Shown piece by piece: positions 43,460-52,571 of a stretch of DNA of 64,000 bases (position 1 is its first letter; the number at the start of each line of letters is the position of its first letter). The position numbers and the translations under genes are program-made. The stretch comes from an uncultured Planctomycetota bacterium (lineage in GTDB: Bacteria; Planctomycetota; Planctomycetia; Isosphaerales; Isosphaeraceae). The notes under the pieces were generated by a model. That model was not told the DNA's origin. It was given only the letters and a program-made list of their open reading frames with translations, and ran no database searches. The stretch lies in NCBI GenBank assembly GCA_963823665.1, contig CAWGMQ010000004.1:2016001-2080000 (forward strand), read 5' to 3'.

Positions 43460-43891
43460 ATGCGGAAGACGTCGATGGTAACCGATCGCGAGCTAGAGAT
43501 CATGAAGATTCTCTGGGTTCGTGAGAGGGCGAGTGTGCGCGAGGTGCAGGAAGACTTGAACCGGGCTGCGGGTCCGGTCGCTTACAGCACCGTCCAGACT
43601 TTGCTCAACATCATGGAGGAGAAGAAGGGCTTGGTCCGACATGTCGTTGAGGGGCGGACGTTCGTCTACATCCCGAAGAAATCGTCCGAAAGGACGATCG
43701 GCGAGTTGACCAAACGATTCGTCGATCGCGTTTTTGACGGCGCGCTCGACCGGGTCATGGTTGCCTTGCTGGGATCCAAATCTCCCACACCCGAGGAGCT
43801 GGATCGCCTACGTGCGATGATTGACGAAGCCCAGCAGCAATCATTCCTGAAACCCGGGAATGAGGAAAAGATCGTCGCTGAAGAGGCTTGA
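43460..43891 (+). CDS. BlaI/MecI/CopY family transcriptional regulator
   Basis: TDRELEIMKILW, VAYSTVQTLL, EGRTFVY, FVDRVFDG. Confidence 0.9.
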   Translation: MRKTSMVTDRELEIMKILWVRERASVREVQEDLNRAAGPVAYSTVQTLLNIMEEKKGLVRHVVEGRTFVYIPKKSSERTIGELTKRFVDRVFDGALDRVMVALLGSKSPTPEELDRLRAMIDEAQQQSFLKPGNEEKIVAEEA

Positions 43892-44184
43892 AGAGATTCG
43901 GGCATCGGCGCAAATTAAGATAGAGTGGCTGCGAACGGAATCGTGTGCAATCTCCGGTGAAGGTTTGATCCGCGCCGTGATGCACGATCTCTCGGATCCG
44001 TTCGCGGTCGCTGTGTCGACTTTTGCGCCGATCAACGAAGCAGATTCACCGGGTTGATTTCTCCTCCGGATTCTGCTGGTAAGCTGTCGAGCACGCGAAA
44101 GCGGTGATGCGATCCATTGCCGCCCGCCGGGGGAGTCTTTCCCCGGAGCGCGTCTGTCAGCGGCGATCTCGAAGGGCTCTCTCC

Positions 44185-45732
44185 ATGTGGATGTGGCTTG
44201 ATCGTGCCGGCCTCATCCTTTTTGATGCAGCGCTCTCCACCGCGCTTTTCCTGAGCGTCGTGGTTTGCGCATTGCTTCTATGTCGCCAGCCCTCTCGCCG
44301 CTTGCTCATTGTGCGCTCGTCGTTGCTGGGGTCTCTGGCGATTATTCCCTTGGTTGCGGCGTTGCCGCTTCCGCGGGTTGACGTCGTGGACTTGATGCTG
44401 CAGGCCGATTTACTGCCGCCGTCTGTTCCGGCTGCCTACCCAAACCCACACCAGCAGGAGCCCTCGGCAGAACCAGGCATTCGTGATCGGCTCCGCTCGT
44501 CGATCACCATCTTCAAGGGAGACTACGCCGCCTGGGCCGGTCGCTGGCTGCCACGCTGCTTGACCTTGATCGTTCTCACCGTGGCGATTACCGGTGCGGC
44601 GTGGGTCTTGCTGGGCTTCTGGGGCGTCCGCTGGCTGCTGCGCCACTCGCTCGCGCCGTCAGCGTCTACCCAGGTCGTCTACGACACCCTCTCCGCAACG
44701 TGGACGGAAAAGCGGGCACGGCCTGACGTGCGTGTCTCGTCCGCCGTCGAGCGGCCGGTCCTGGTCGGTTTTCGCCGCACCACGATTCTGATCCCAGCGT
44801 CGTACGAACAGCCCGAAGCCAGTGCAGAGATTTGCAAGTTGAGCCTGCTCCACGAGCTCGCTCATGCCGCCGAATCCGACGCCTGGTTTGGAACGATCGC
44901 CAGTCTTGCACAATCGATCTGGTTCTTCTTACCCCACGTCTGGTGGTTGCGCTCCCAACTGATGATCGATCAGGAGTTCATCGCCGATCACGCGGCTTCG
45001 CAAGGATACGGAACCCCGAAAGACTACGCGGTCTCTCTCCTGTCGCTGGCGGATTCGCGTGCAGCTTCCACGGCTCTGAAGCGGGCTCATCGCCTCGCAC
45101 CAACGTTGGCTACAACCGAAACACGCCACCAACATTCGCCGCTTTTTCAGCGGATGCGGATGCTCCTGCATTGCCCGTTTCCGGTCGAGCGCAATCTGCC
45201 ACGTCGATGGTCTTGGTCTTTGAGGGGTGTTGTGCTCGTGGCCTCACTCGCATCAGCGTGTGTCTGCATCCGCTGGCCGCACGCACATGCGCTCGAGCAA
45301 CGTCCAGGCGGTGCGGCCAAAGGCGTGGGCCAATCATTCCGCGTGGCTGAATTCGTCGCCGCGCCGATCGTGCACACTTCCTCGGGGCATGGGCTCCCGC
45401 ACCACATGCCGGTCGAGCTTCCTTCGCGGTTCAACCTGCGCGTCGATGTGCTCTCGAGCACCGCGGAACTGGCCAACATTCGCGTTGCCGGACATTCGCT
45501 CGCAACCGATTCATCGCCGGAACACCCCATTGATCCCCTCTCGAATCCATCACTCCTCGCTCAATCGTGGCACCACGTCCGCCTGGAACGTGAAGGACCC
45601 GGTCTTACGCTCTGGATCGATGGCCAGCAGTCATCAGTCGCTCTGAACGCTGATGCTACAACCGAATGGCTCATGTTCGATCCGGGACCCGATCGGTTCG
45701 TCTGCTTCCGTGATCTAATCGTGGAGTGGTAG
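44185..45732 (+). CDS. M56 (BlaR1-like) metallopeptidase with C-terminal beta-sandwich domain
   Basis: TM helices, RPVLVGF, LLHELAH (HExxH), WFFLPHVWW, QEFIAD; downstream of blaI. Confidence 0.85.
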   Translation: MWMWLDRAGLILFDAALSTALFLSVVVCALLLCRQPSRRLLIVRSSLLGSLAIIPLVAALPLPRVDVVDLMLQADLLPPSVPAAYPNPHQQEPSAEPGIRDRLRSSITIFKGDYAAWAGRWLPRCLTLIVLTVAITGAAWVLLGFWGVRWLLRHSLAPSASTQVVYDTLSATWTEKRARPDVRVSSAVERPVLVGFRRTTILIPASYEQPEASAEICKLSLLHELAHAAESDAWFGTIASLAQSIWFFLPHVWWLRSQLMIDQEFIADHAASQGYGTPKDYAVSLLSLADSRAASTALKRAHRLAPTLATTETRHQHSPLFQRMRMLLHCPFPVERNLPRRWSWSLRGVVLVASLASACVCIRWPHAHALEQRPGGAAKGVGQSFRVAEFVAAPIVHTSSGHGLPHHMPVELPSRFNLRVDVLSSTAELANIRVAGHSLATDSSPEHPIDPLSNPSLLAQSWHHVRLEREGPGLTLWIDGQQSSVALNADATTEWLMFDPGPDRFVCFRDLIVEW

Positions 45733-45789
45733 TGCATTCGCGCTTCCGGCGTCAGGCAACGGAGTCCGGGAACGCGATCCTTCATCGCT

Positions 45790-45848
45790 CTGCCATTTCG
45801 GCAGTTAGCACTGGCAGCCGTCATTGGCCATTGTTGCCAATTTGGCAA
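45790..45848. promoter_or_regulatory. Pair of TGCCA-N3-(T/C)GGCA palindromes, candidate enhancer (UAS) sites
   Basis: CTGCCATTTCGGCAG (45790-45804) and TTGCCAATTTGGCAA (45834-45848), 120-180 nt upstream of a sigma-54 promoter. Confidence 0.5.
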
Positions 45849-45970
45849 TCACACGACTGCCAGAATCGAATGCTCAAGGACAATCGTAACCGCGGCGGCG
45901 CACCCTAACCTCTTCTTTGATAAAAGTTTACGGACAACGAGTGTGGTAATGCAGTGCGGTCCCGTCAAAT

Positions 45971-45985
45971 TGGCACAACGTCTGC
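45971..45985 (+). promoter_or_regulatory. Sigma-54 promoter of the hsp20 pair
   Basis: TGGCAC-AACGT-CTGC. Confidence 0.65.
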
Positions 45986-46091
45986 GGTTGAGTTTTGTGC
46001 AAGCCCCGGGACAAGTGCTAAGGCCTTACGCCAAAACTAAATAGATAGAACGATTCAGTGGCGTGAATTCGCGCACGGCGAAGGAGGGTGC

Positions 46092-46538
46092 ATGAATAGC
46101 ATCCAATGGCAGAGGTGGGATCCGTTCCGAGAGCTTCATCGAGAGATGGAGCGCCTTATCGTCTCGCTCGATCCGTTTCAGTCTGTCCGGCGAGCGCAGG
46201 CCTATCCGCCGATGAACGTCCATGACGCGGGCGACCGGTATCTCTTGTCGATGCAACTCCCGGGGATGACGCCGGCCGACATCGAATTGACGATTGCCGG
46301 CGAGACTCTCACAATCCGCGGTGAGCGGAAGCGGCCGGAAGGGATCAAAGACGACAGTTATCGCCGGCAAGAACGGCCGGTGGGCCGTTGGGTCCGAACA
46401 ATCACGCTTCCGGACCGGGTTGATAGCACCCAGGTCGGGGCGTCGTTTGCCGATGGAATTCTCACTGTGAACTTGCCGAAAGCTGAGACCGCCAAGCCGC
46501 GCCGGATCTCCGTGACCGCCTCCGGACCTGCCGCCTGA
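46092..46538 (+). CDS. Hsp20/alpha-crystallin small heat shock protein
   Basis: AAGGAGG RBS; WDPFREL, YPPMNV, LTIRGER, DGILTVNLPKAE, RRISV. Confidence 0.92.
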   Translation: MNSIQWQRWDPFRELHREMERLIVSLDPFQSVRRAQAYPPMNVHDAGDRYLLSMQLPGMTPADIELTIAGETLTIRGERKRPEGIKDDSYRRQERPVGRWVRTITLPDRVDSTQVGASFADGILTVNLPKAETAKPRRISVTASGPAA

Positions 46539-46606
46539 AGGCGCTCCGGCGTCGCCCGAATAACCAAGCGAGAGACGAAGTTAATGAATGTGGGAGAGCT
46601 GAAGCG

Positions 46607-47080
46607 ATGAGCGTTGAAGCAACGAATATTGATGAACGTCAGGTTCGCGTCAGCGTCGAGACGGGCCGTCGCAACTCTGCTCATCAACGGGCGATCGAGC
46701 AGGATGCTCAAGCACCTCGAGAGACTTATACACCGCCCATCGACATCCACGAAAGCCCCGATGGCTTGGTCCTCGAGGCCGACATTCCCGGCGCCGCCGA
46801 GCAGGCTTTGCACGTCCAGCTCGAGGACAACGTCCTTAATCTGTATGCTCGAATTGAGCCACGTTTGCCGCAAGACACGCGGTTGATTCACGAGGAATAT
46901 CGCCCGGGTGATTACCACCGTTCGTTTATCTTGAGCGACGAGGTCGATCGCGACCGAATCACGGCCGAGCTCAAAAACGGCGTCTTGCGCGTGTTCTTGC
47001 CCAAGGCAGATCGCGTGCGGGCTCGCCGAATCGAAGTCACGACATCCGACCCGGCAGTTTCCCCGGGTGGACGCGGATGA
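46607..47080 (+). CDS. Hsp20/alpha-crystallin small heat shock protein
   Basis: PPIDIHE, ADIPG, RSFIL, NGVLRVFLPK, RRIEV. Confidence 0.92.
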   Translation: MSVEATNIDERQVRVSVETGRRNSAHQRAIEQDAQAPRETYTPPIDIHESPDGLVLEADIPGAAEQALHVQLEDNVLNLYARIEPRLPQDTRLIHEEYRPGDYHRSFILSDEVDRDRITAELKNGVLRVFLPKADRVRARRIEVTTSDPAVSPGGRG

Positions 47081-47228
47081 GAGCCGGTCGTCGTTGCGGA
47101 AGGGTCGCTCGAGAAATCGCGCGACCGGGTGATCGTGGTGTTTCTGACGCTCCTGACTCTTCCGGCCAAATATTTGTGGTAAATTGTTCCTATCAGGCCC
47201 CTTGTCCCGAAGAGCGGAGCGCTGCGCG

Positions 47229-47411
47229 ATGGAGACCCAGAAGATCATCACCTACTCAGCAATTGGAGTGGCAGGCATCGTCTGCCTGGTCTTCTTGCTC
47301 GACCTCGCCGCCGGCATCTTCGGACGAAATATCGGCATGGACATTTTGTTCATTCTCGGTTCGGGATTTCTGCTCTGGCAGGGTGTCGAAACGATACTCG
47401 AGCTCCGCTGA
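47229..47411 (+). CDS. Small two-TM membrane protein (60 aa)
   Basis: GGAG RBS; two hydrophobic helices (FLLDL...MDILFIL). Confidence 0.6.
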   Translation: METQKIITYSAIGVAGIVCLVFLLDLAAGIFGRNIGMDILFILGSGFLLWQGVETILELR

Positions 47412-47499
47412 GCGCGACACCTCGGGCCTGCTTTCGCCGCGCGACTGGTTCATCCTTTGTACCGCTGGAAGATGCGATCGGCCGTTTCAGTAACTCCTA

Positions 47500-49046
47500 T
47501 CATGACAATGTCTTGCGCTCTTGCTTTACCTGCTCCACGATCGCCCGGACCAGACCCTCCCACGTGTATTCCGCCGCTTCGACGGCGATCTCCCAGCCAA
47601 CCGACCGCACGGCCTGCGTGGTCACCGGGCTCAGGCTGGCGAGCCGAATTTGTTTCCCGATGCGCCCGCGCAGCTCGTCTGGTAGAAGCCCGTGCAACCG
47701 CGCTGCGATGGCCGGGCTCGTCAGGGTGATCCAGTCGATTGTGCCGTCCCCCAGGCGCTCGACGACTGACTCCGGCAGAGTATCAACGTCGCAATTGTGA
47801 TAGACGGCAACCTGGTCGACATCAGCCACTTCATCAAGTTCATCCTTGAGAATCACGCGCCCTCGATCGGCGCGGGCGAGCAGAATTCTTTGCCCTCGCG
47901 CATGCTGTCGCAGCACGGCCGCCAGCGCCTCGGAGCGAAACGTTTCGGGAACGAGATCCGCGCGCAGGTGAAAGCTGGCCAGGACCTCCGCGGTTGCCGG
48001 CCCGATCGCCGCCAGTTTCAAGTGTCCCAGCACGCGTAGGTCGCGCCCTCGGTCGGCGAGCCGGTCCATGAAGAATCGCACGCCGTTGGCCGAGGTAAAC
48101 ACGAGCCAGTCGTAGTTCGCAAGACCGTCGATCGCGGCATCGAGCGGTGCCGGGGCACTTATCGGCCGCACTTCGACGGTCGGTGCCAGCAACACCTCCG
48201 CTCCGAGGCTTTCGAGTAGAACGGCCGCTCTGTTGCCCTCATCGCGCGGCCGGGTGACGACAATCCGCTGTCCGAAGAGCGGCAGGCGTTCAAACCACGC
48301 TAGCCGGTCTCGCAGCGCAACGACTGACCCGACGACCAGAAGGGCAGGGGGGCGCATCGAGGCTTGACGAGCAACATCTGTGATCGTCGCCAATGTTGCG
48401 ACTTCCGTGCGCTGAACGGCCGTCGTACCCCATTCGACGACGGCCGCCGGCGTATCCGCGGGTTTGCCCAGCTTGAGCAGCGTGCGGCAGATGGCCGCCA
48501 GGTGAGTGACTCCCATGTAAACCACCAGCGTGCCTGGGAAGCGCGCCAGCGCCTCCCAATCGAGGTCACCATGGTCGTCTTTGGATTCAGGGTCGCCATG
48601 ACCGGTCACAAATGCGACCGCCGAGGCGGCCGAACGATGGGTTACCGGGATGCCGGCATAAGCCGTCACGCCGACGCCGGCAGTAACCCCCGGAACAATC
48701 TCGAACGCGATCCCGGCCGTTGCGAGCGCAAAGGCCTCCTCGGCGCCACGCCCGAACACCAGTGGGTCTCCCCCCTTCAGCCGTACCACCTGGAGCCCCG
48801 CCCGTGCATGCTCGATCAAGAGCGCGTTAATTTGATCTTGCGAAAGGCTGCAATGACCGATTGATTTGCCCGCGCAGATCCGCACGGCCGCGTCGGGCGC
48901 CAGGTCCAGCAGGCGCGAGCTCGCAAGATGGTCATAGACAACCACTTGGCGCTTGCGAGGACGGCTTCGCCTCGACGGGTCAGTAGCCCTGGATCACCTG
49001 GCCCGGCACCGACCAGGTAGACCTTTCCAGGGCGGTTCTGCGTCAT
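47500..49046 (-). CDS. cobA: Uroporphyrinogen-III C-methyltransferase / synthase fusion (CobA-HemD; frameshift near 48948)
   Basis: VYLVGAGPGDPGLLT, VVRLKGGDPLVFGRG, GIPVTHR; HemD part PLFGQRIVVTR, FTSANGV. Confidence 0.92.
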
Positions 49047-49073
49047 GGTCGCGAGCCCTCGTACCCTGGGCGA

Positions 49074-50102
49074 TCAATCGCCCTGCACCGGTTTGCGACG
49101 GCTGCTTGTAATCATCAGAATCCCGAGCTCGTAAAGGAAAATCATGGGGATCGCCAGCAAAACCATGCTGAATGGGTCTTGCCCGGGTGTGATCACCGCG
49201 GCCGTGATTGTGATGACCAGGATCGCTATTCTCCGCTTCGCCCGGAAATCCTGCACGGTGAAGATGTTGATTCGTTCGAGAAACAGCATCACGAGCGGAG
49301 TCTGGAACGAGATCCCGAATACAAGCGGGAGGATCGTCGCAAATCCCATCCAGTCGCTGAGTCGAAGCGTCGGTGCTACACCCAGCCAGACGTTGAACTG
49401 TAACAGGAACTGGAGCGTGATCGGTAACACGAAAAAGAAGCAGAGAAAGACGCCTGCAAGAAACAATCCGAGCGAAAACGGCAGGTACTTCGTGACGTAG
49501 TGCCGTTCGTGGCGATAGAGCCCCGCGGCCACAAACGCCCAGATCTGGTAGAAAACCCACGGGCTGGCGAGCACCAGGCCGGACACGAGGCAGACCATGA
49601 AGAAAATTGTGAGCGTCTCGAGCGGGGCAAGCGAGACCAGGCTCTGGTCAAGCTGGACCGTCGAATTGTGGACCATGTTGATCACGCCCACCTCGAAGAA
49701 CTGCATGGATAATTTGAGCGTGGTGCCCTTCAAGGATTCCGGTTCGGGGAGTTCCAGCTTGGGGGCGATTTTCCGGAGCTCCGCGACGAGTACGTCCGCG
49801 TCGACGACGCCTTCCAGTTGAGGAGTGAATCCTCTGCCAGCCGCCCGCTCTTTCTTGGCTTTTTCAGCCTTTTTATCGTATTCGGCCGTATAGAATTCAT
49901 CGAGGGCGACCTTGGCAGGCTGTTCCATTTTCTCCATCACCCGCTTACCGATGGAGAGCGGGGGAACGAACACGATGAGCACTCCGACGAACAGGCCGAG
50001 GAGGGCCAGAATCAATCGAACTCGTAGTTCTTCGATGTGCTCTCCGAAGCTCATCGTGACCATCGACTGCTCTTCAGCGAAGAGATCTTGATCGTTAGGC
50101 AT
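49074..50102 (-). CDS. tatC: Twin-arginine translocase subunit TatC
   Basis: MSFGEHIEELRVRL, YQIWAFVAAGLY..E, FQTP, AAVITP, LYELGI. Confidence 0.93.
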   Translation of the reverse strand: MPNDQDLFAEEQSMVTMSFGEHIEELRVRLILALLGLFVGVLIVFVPPLSIGKRVMEKMEQPAKVALDEFYTAEYDKKAEKAKKERAAGRGFTPQLEGVVDADVLVAELRKIAPKLELPEPESLKGTTLKLSMQFFEVGVINMVHNSTVQLDQSLVSLAPLETLTIFFMVCLVSGLVLASPWVFYQIWAFVAAGLYRHERHYVTKYLPFSLGLFLAGVFLCFFFVLPITLQFLLQFNVWLGVAPTLRLSDWMGFATILPLVFGISFQTPLVMLFLERINIFTVQDFRAKRRIAILVITITAAVITPGQDPFSMVLLAIPMIFLYELGILMITSSRRKPVQGD

Positions 50103-50328
50103 GGGATATGGTCCACCCGGGGAGGGCAAAAAAGTCGCCGAGAGTGGCGAATACAGACAGAGAGGAGACGCGGGTTGCAACGGCCAGTCCCGAGGCCGGA
50201 ACCCTTCAGGCGGCGCCGCCCGGCAGCCTCACGGGGACGGCCAACCAAGCGGGAGCGTTCCTACTAGTTCGAGCTTACCATACTGTTTCGATTCAGTGGA
50301 AGAGGCACGGTAAGCCAAGTCCATTCCG

Positions 50329-52187
50329 CTAGACGGAAGTCTGAGGATCGGGTGGTCGATAGCCCAGGTCGAGGAACTGCACGCCGTCCGAGCGCGAAAC
50401 CCGGATCATGATTGACTGGTAGGGCTCGAAGACGAGTTTGATTGCAAACGACTTTTCCTCGCACCAGATTGTGATTCGTCGAGTCATTCGCTCGCGACAG
50501 TGTGACTGGCCATAGCGCATCGGGTACCGAATGTCGCGCGTCATCGGATGGCTGAAGAATAGATAGAGGCATTCCGGAGTCCGCCGCGCCCAGAACGGCG
50601 GGATGTCTCGACCGTCAACCAGCGGTAGCAAGCCAGCTTGATCGAGTCGGGAGCAGACGTTTTCGCAAGTCTGAAGGCGATCGAGCATCGTCTGGTAATC
50701 GGGGCGAGGATGCTTGCCGGCGCGCGGGGAACGCGCCCCAGGATCACCCGCAGGCCCGTTTTGGCCAGGCGAACAATCTCGGCCAAGGCGTTGCCGTCCA
50801 ACCAGTCAACGTCGACCATCAGGCCGGAAAACCGACAGTCGCCGACGCAAAGGCGGCCGTTGTGGATCTCCGACCGACCGAGGCACGCAGAAGAAACCCA
50901 AAGAGGAGCGTATCCCTCGATATCGCGGGGAACAACGACGTGCCGCATCTCCCATCGATGGAACGCAGCGGGCGTTCGTTCGTTGTCGGGAATCCGGTCG
51001 AGCCGGCGATTGTCCTCATTCGGCAAGTACACCGCCAAACGCGATTCAGTTCGTCCCAGCTTCAACAATGCCGAGACAAGTTCCAGATACGCATTGAAAG
51101 CGGGCAATTCAGCCGCAAAAGCGCAATCAGGCCCGACATGCACCGACGCGTAAAACTCGTTCCGCTCGCCCGGCCCGTTGAATGGCATTCCGTGCCAGAC
51201 AATCTGATTGACTCCATTTGCAAAGAGCGCATCGGCCAGCAGCTTCAGGTCGGCCACTTGCTCTTTGTGCCAGTAGAGGTAGGGCTCCAGGTTGGTCCGT
51301 GTGACGAAACCGTAAAGGCATGTGAACGATTCGGCGCTCACGACCGGCTTGTCGAAGAGTGCGGCGGCGGAGGCCGCGATCCGCGAGAATGGCGGTGTGA
51401 ACAGAATTGCTTCCGACTCGGGAATGTCCACCGCTCCGTAGGCCGCGAGTAGGTCCGTGGGGGCACCGTGGCATTGCACCCGCGAGAACGCGCCGTGGCG
51501 GCGGCAGATCGCGGCGAACTCTTCGTAGAATTCGTGGAGTATGGCCTCGGCGATCATCGTGCGATAGTCATAGCGAAGATCGGGGTCGTCGTCGATCTGA
51601 TCGTCGAGCCCCTCCAGGCGATACCCGAACCGCTCGGTGAAGCGATTCCAGAGTTTCGGGTCCCAGAGCCGCCGCGTATCGAGCTCCAGGGAGTCGCAGA
51701 ACAAGGCCGAAGGCGAGCCAGGAAGAGCTTCCGCGAGCGCCGGGAGGATCGTTTCGGAATAGCGGCCCAGTGCGTGCCGGTCGAGATGGTTGAGCACGTG
51801 AATCTCGCTCGAGGAGTCGGGTTCCCACGAGCCGTGGAGCCGTTGATGCGAGAATCCATCGAATGTTCGTGACGAGTCGGCTCTTCGAACCGCCGATCCG
51901 CCGAAGGGCCAGCAACTGCCGAAGGTGAAATCGCACCCAAGCCCGAGGCGATCGGCCTCTTGCTTGGTGAAAGCGACCAGGCTGGACCATTCCGCTCCGA
52001 GCCATTCGATTCCCGGCTCGACGTCACCCATCCAGGATGGCCAGAGCCAGGCAAGCTCGACGCCGCCGAATCCATTTGCGTGGAGCCACGCAAGCTGGCT
52101 GCGAATGTCGTCGGGACGGAAAGGTCCCGCGAGCCACCACCAGCGGGTGTAAGGCTTTGAGCCTCCGCGAAAGTATGGCACCGACAT
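50329..52187 (-). CDS. Glycosyl hydrolase, GH106 alpha-L-rhamnosidase-like N-terminal domain (frameshift near 50718)
   Basis: KPYTRWWW, GFGGVEL, FGSCWPFGG, FCDSLE, DIPESE, VSAESFT, GVNQIVWHG; start could be 52292. Confidence 0.75.
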
Positions 52188-52330
52188 CCGAGTTTCGCTT
52201 TCGAGCAACGTCCGAGCGTCGACGATCTGCCGTGAGCGCAGCCACGGTTGACGATGCAGCCACTCGGTGACGGGCGCGAGCGATTTGAGCATTGCCGGTA
52301 ACTTCCTGGGACAGACATCTGGCGGTAGGC

Positions 52331-52450
52331 ATTCGCCCGCGACTCGACGATCTCGAATCACACCTGGTTCTCTCCACATACGGAGTGAACACCATGCTGG
52401 ATACTGTCGCCGACAACTTGAAGAACGGCAAGGATGCCACCGGTCACACT
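52331..52450 (+). pseudogene. Remnant of a planctomycete secreted-protein N-terminus (LExRxLL-type motif)
   Basis: IRPRLDDLESHLVLSTYGVNTMLDTV...GKDATGH, then the frame degrades and stops at 52483. Confidence 0.5.
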
Positions 52451-52571
52451 GGCGATTGTGCCCCGATCGCTACGCTGCTCTAATACAGGCAGGAATCTGG
52501 GGAGGGAAATCGGGATGCCCGAACCTCGAATGCCTGTCGTATCGTGCGCCGCGTACCCTGAGGTTGGCCGG

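Noticed and set aside
45805..46021. CIRCE-like half sites TTAGCACT (45805) and AGTGCTAA (about 46014) upstream of hsp20
   Set aside because: About 200 bp apart rather than 9 bp; neither has a convincing partner half
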